This document shows, in pieces, positions 62,444 to 64,000 of a stretch of DNA of 64,000 bases (positions within the stretch are counted from its first letter, which is position 1; every line of letters begins with the position of its first letter). The notes under the pieces are model-generated. The model saw only the letters and a program-made list of their open reading frames with translations, did no database searches and was not told where the DNA came from. This DNA is from Spirochaetia bacterium (GTDB lineage Bacteria > Spirochaetota > Spirochaetia > SP-2023). The DNA lies in the NCBI GenBank assembly GCA_965225855.1, contig CBDDCK010000005.1:416001-480000 (forward strand), read 5' to 3'. A program made the translations under genes and the position numbers.

Positions 62444-63571
62444 ATGTTACGCAAAGTTCTTTTGCCCTTAATCTTTTTACAGTTAGCAGCAGCGCTGTAT
62501 GCTAAAGATCAAACCTGGATTGATTTTGGGGAGTTACCTCCAGGTTATATACCTCAAGAGGGGCAGCCTTATGTTCGCCAATATGATCCAGCCCCAATCC
62601 AAGAAGATGATACCACCATTGTAGATTTTTCTAGTGTTTATGATCCTTCTGAAATTTCAAGCGATCGAGATATGAGATTATCTTTGGCTTTGGATCGCTG
62701 GCAAGTAAAGCTTTCTGGTTCCTCAAATTTCCATAGTACAAAGACCAGTACTATGGTTCGGGCCTATAAAATCAAAGATACGTCTAAGAGATTTTCTGGT
62801 GAGAATTTAATGGCGGTTCATTTTGAGTTGCCTATCTTGCCTGTAAATTCCAAGATATGGATTATGCCTGAATTTAATATTCCAGCTTATTCTATTGTTG
62901 CTGGAGAAGATAGATTGGCAGACAGCCAGAAACCTGCTATGGAGAGAATGGGGCAATTTCTTGGTAAAGGTGTCCTCCGCAATGTAGGGCCCATTCGATA
63001 CATTACTGCGACAGTCTATGGTCGTCGCTTTCCTTTGACTTTTACTGTTGAAGCTGAGAATACGAATGAAGGTTCTGTTAAATATCCAATGGGTAGTCTG
63101 CAATTTTCTGGTTGGCAAGATTTAGTTTGGAAGAACTCAAACTATATTACTGATGTTCGCAAACGCAAGTATAACAATACTCCAGAGTATCCTAGAGCTA
63201 TGCCTTCTCTGATTTTGCGCTCTCTTCGTTTAGATCGTCCAGTAAAGGCTGTAAATGATTTATCTTCTCAAGTAGTTTTCTATATCAAAAAGATTACAGC
63301 TGTTTACGATGAAGCTGTTTCTGAGGAATTTGACAAGCAGATCGATGATGAGATGATATGGCAATTGAATACTGCTGCCGCAGAAAAAAATAATTATGAT
63401 AATGCTCGTACTTTAAGCGAACTTCTAGATGATCGCTACGATGAATTGAAGCGTAGACATGATTATCCAGGCCAAGAAACCCTAGTAGGTGGTGCTACCC
63501 CAGCAGCAAATAATCCTGCTCCAGCTGCTGATGATAATGCTGCTCAACAAGAAGAGGCTGCTGCTAACTAG
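62444..63571 (+). CDS. flaA: Major flagellar filament sheath protein FlaA
   Basis: Signal peptide; WQVKLSGS, P.FNIPAY, GKGVLRNVG, VYGRRFP, F.GW..L.W.N.NYI and DDE.IW motifs. Confidence 0.9.
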   Translation: MLRKVLLPLIFLQLAAALYAKDQTWIDFGELPPGYIPQEGQPYVRQYDPAPIQEDDTTIVDFSSVYDPSEISSDRDMRLSLALDRWQVKLSGSSNFHSTKTSTMVRAYKIKDTSKRFSGENLMAVHFELPILPVNSKIWIMPEFNIPAYSIVAGEDRLADSQKPAMERMGQFLGKGVLRNVGPIRYITATVYGRRFPLTFTVEAENTNEGSVKYPMGSLQFSGWQDLVWKNSNYITDVRKRKYNNTPEYPRAMPSLILRSLRLDRPVKAVNDLSSQVVFYIKKITAVYDEAVSEEFDKQIDDEMIWQLNTAAAEKNNYDNARTLSELLDDRYDELKRRHDYPGQETLVGGATPAANNPAPAADDNAAQQEEAAAN

Positions 63572-63593
63572 TATTTTAGCAGGTGATTTCCCC

Positions 63594-63630
63594 AAAAACC
63601 AAATCTCGAATTCCGAGGTTTGGTTTTTTT
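63594..63630 (+). terminator. Intrinsic terminator after flaA
   Basis: AAAAACCAAATCTCG-aattc-CGAGGTTTGGTTTTTTT. Confidence 0.85.
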
Positions 63631-63635
63631 ATTTC

Positions 63636-64000
63636 TTATAAATTATTCAGCAAATTCTCTTGAAAACTTTGGCGTAGAGCATTCATGAAATATTTACGAT
63701 TTAAGCTTTGATCATTTTGTTTCCATTGTACCAATTTGGGCTGTGTATTTGTTTTTTCATTACTGTAAATGCGATGACTGGGGATCCATTGTTGCAAATG
63801 CCCAAGAAATATATTAACTCGTTGTAAATTCCATGAAAAAATTGGAGATCGATTGTCTGAATAAAAAAGAAAGCTGATTGTTCGTTCAATATTTTGTGGA
63901 CTTTGACGGTGTAGTATAATTAGAAAATCCGCTTGATGGCGTTTTGTACAACGGTTGAAAAAGTTTTCTAGTTCCCCTTTTTTATAAAGTTTTCGGATGA
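63636..64000 (-). other. Probable 3' end of a gene entering from the right edge, apparently frameshifted
   Basis: A ~115-codon minus frame (KRGTRKLFNRC...ENLLNNL*) lacks an upstream start and begins at an A6G4 run, where another open frame (IRKLYKK) arrives from the edge. Confidence 0.35.

Overview
AT-rich chromosomal window of a spirochete. The assignment rests on three FlaA flagellar-sheath paralogues, a ~900-aa spirochete-type GreA and fliA/whiG; the genus cannot be determined from sequence alone. The backbone is housekeeping: znuC/znuB-like, flavodiiron protein, a doubly frameshifted trpC, hisS, an aromatic-amino-acid-type ABC transporter, a DAK2-DegV fusion, plsY, eno, type III glnA, carAB, tsaE/tsaB, fliA, hom, aspS, greA, a GGDEF protein, a class III cyclase, an M28 peptidase, two htrA, speD/speE, glgA and three tRNAs. 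The main unexplained structure is a dispersed family of three paralogous five-domain lipoprotein genes (12368-14401 +, 29690-31867 -, 48519-50555 +), each placed among unrelated housekeeping genes. They share non-coding flanks: a TTGACG-poly(C)-CAAAAT promoter candidate whose C-run differs between copies, 10-11-bp phased microsatellites, mutually exclusive hairpins (copies 2 and 3) and AGCCTTGG/CCAAGGCT palindromes. A downstream 23-bp tandem array has 0, 4 and 19 units in copies 1, 2 and 3, and the 19-unit array has a 5-unit higher-order period. The coding domains are mosaics of one another. Together this suggests a phase- and sequence-variable surface-protein cassette system (inference). Next to copy 3 lies a 1.4-kb segment bounded by 92-bp direct repeats that holds an IS1595 transposase fragment and an orphan phage MuF-like gene. 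No CRISPR array, integrase or reverse transcriptase is visible.
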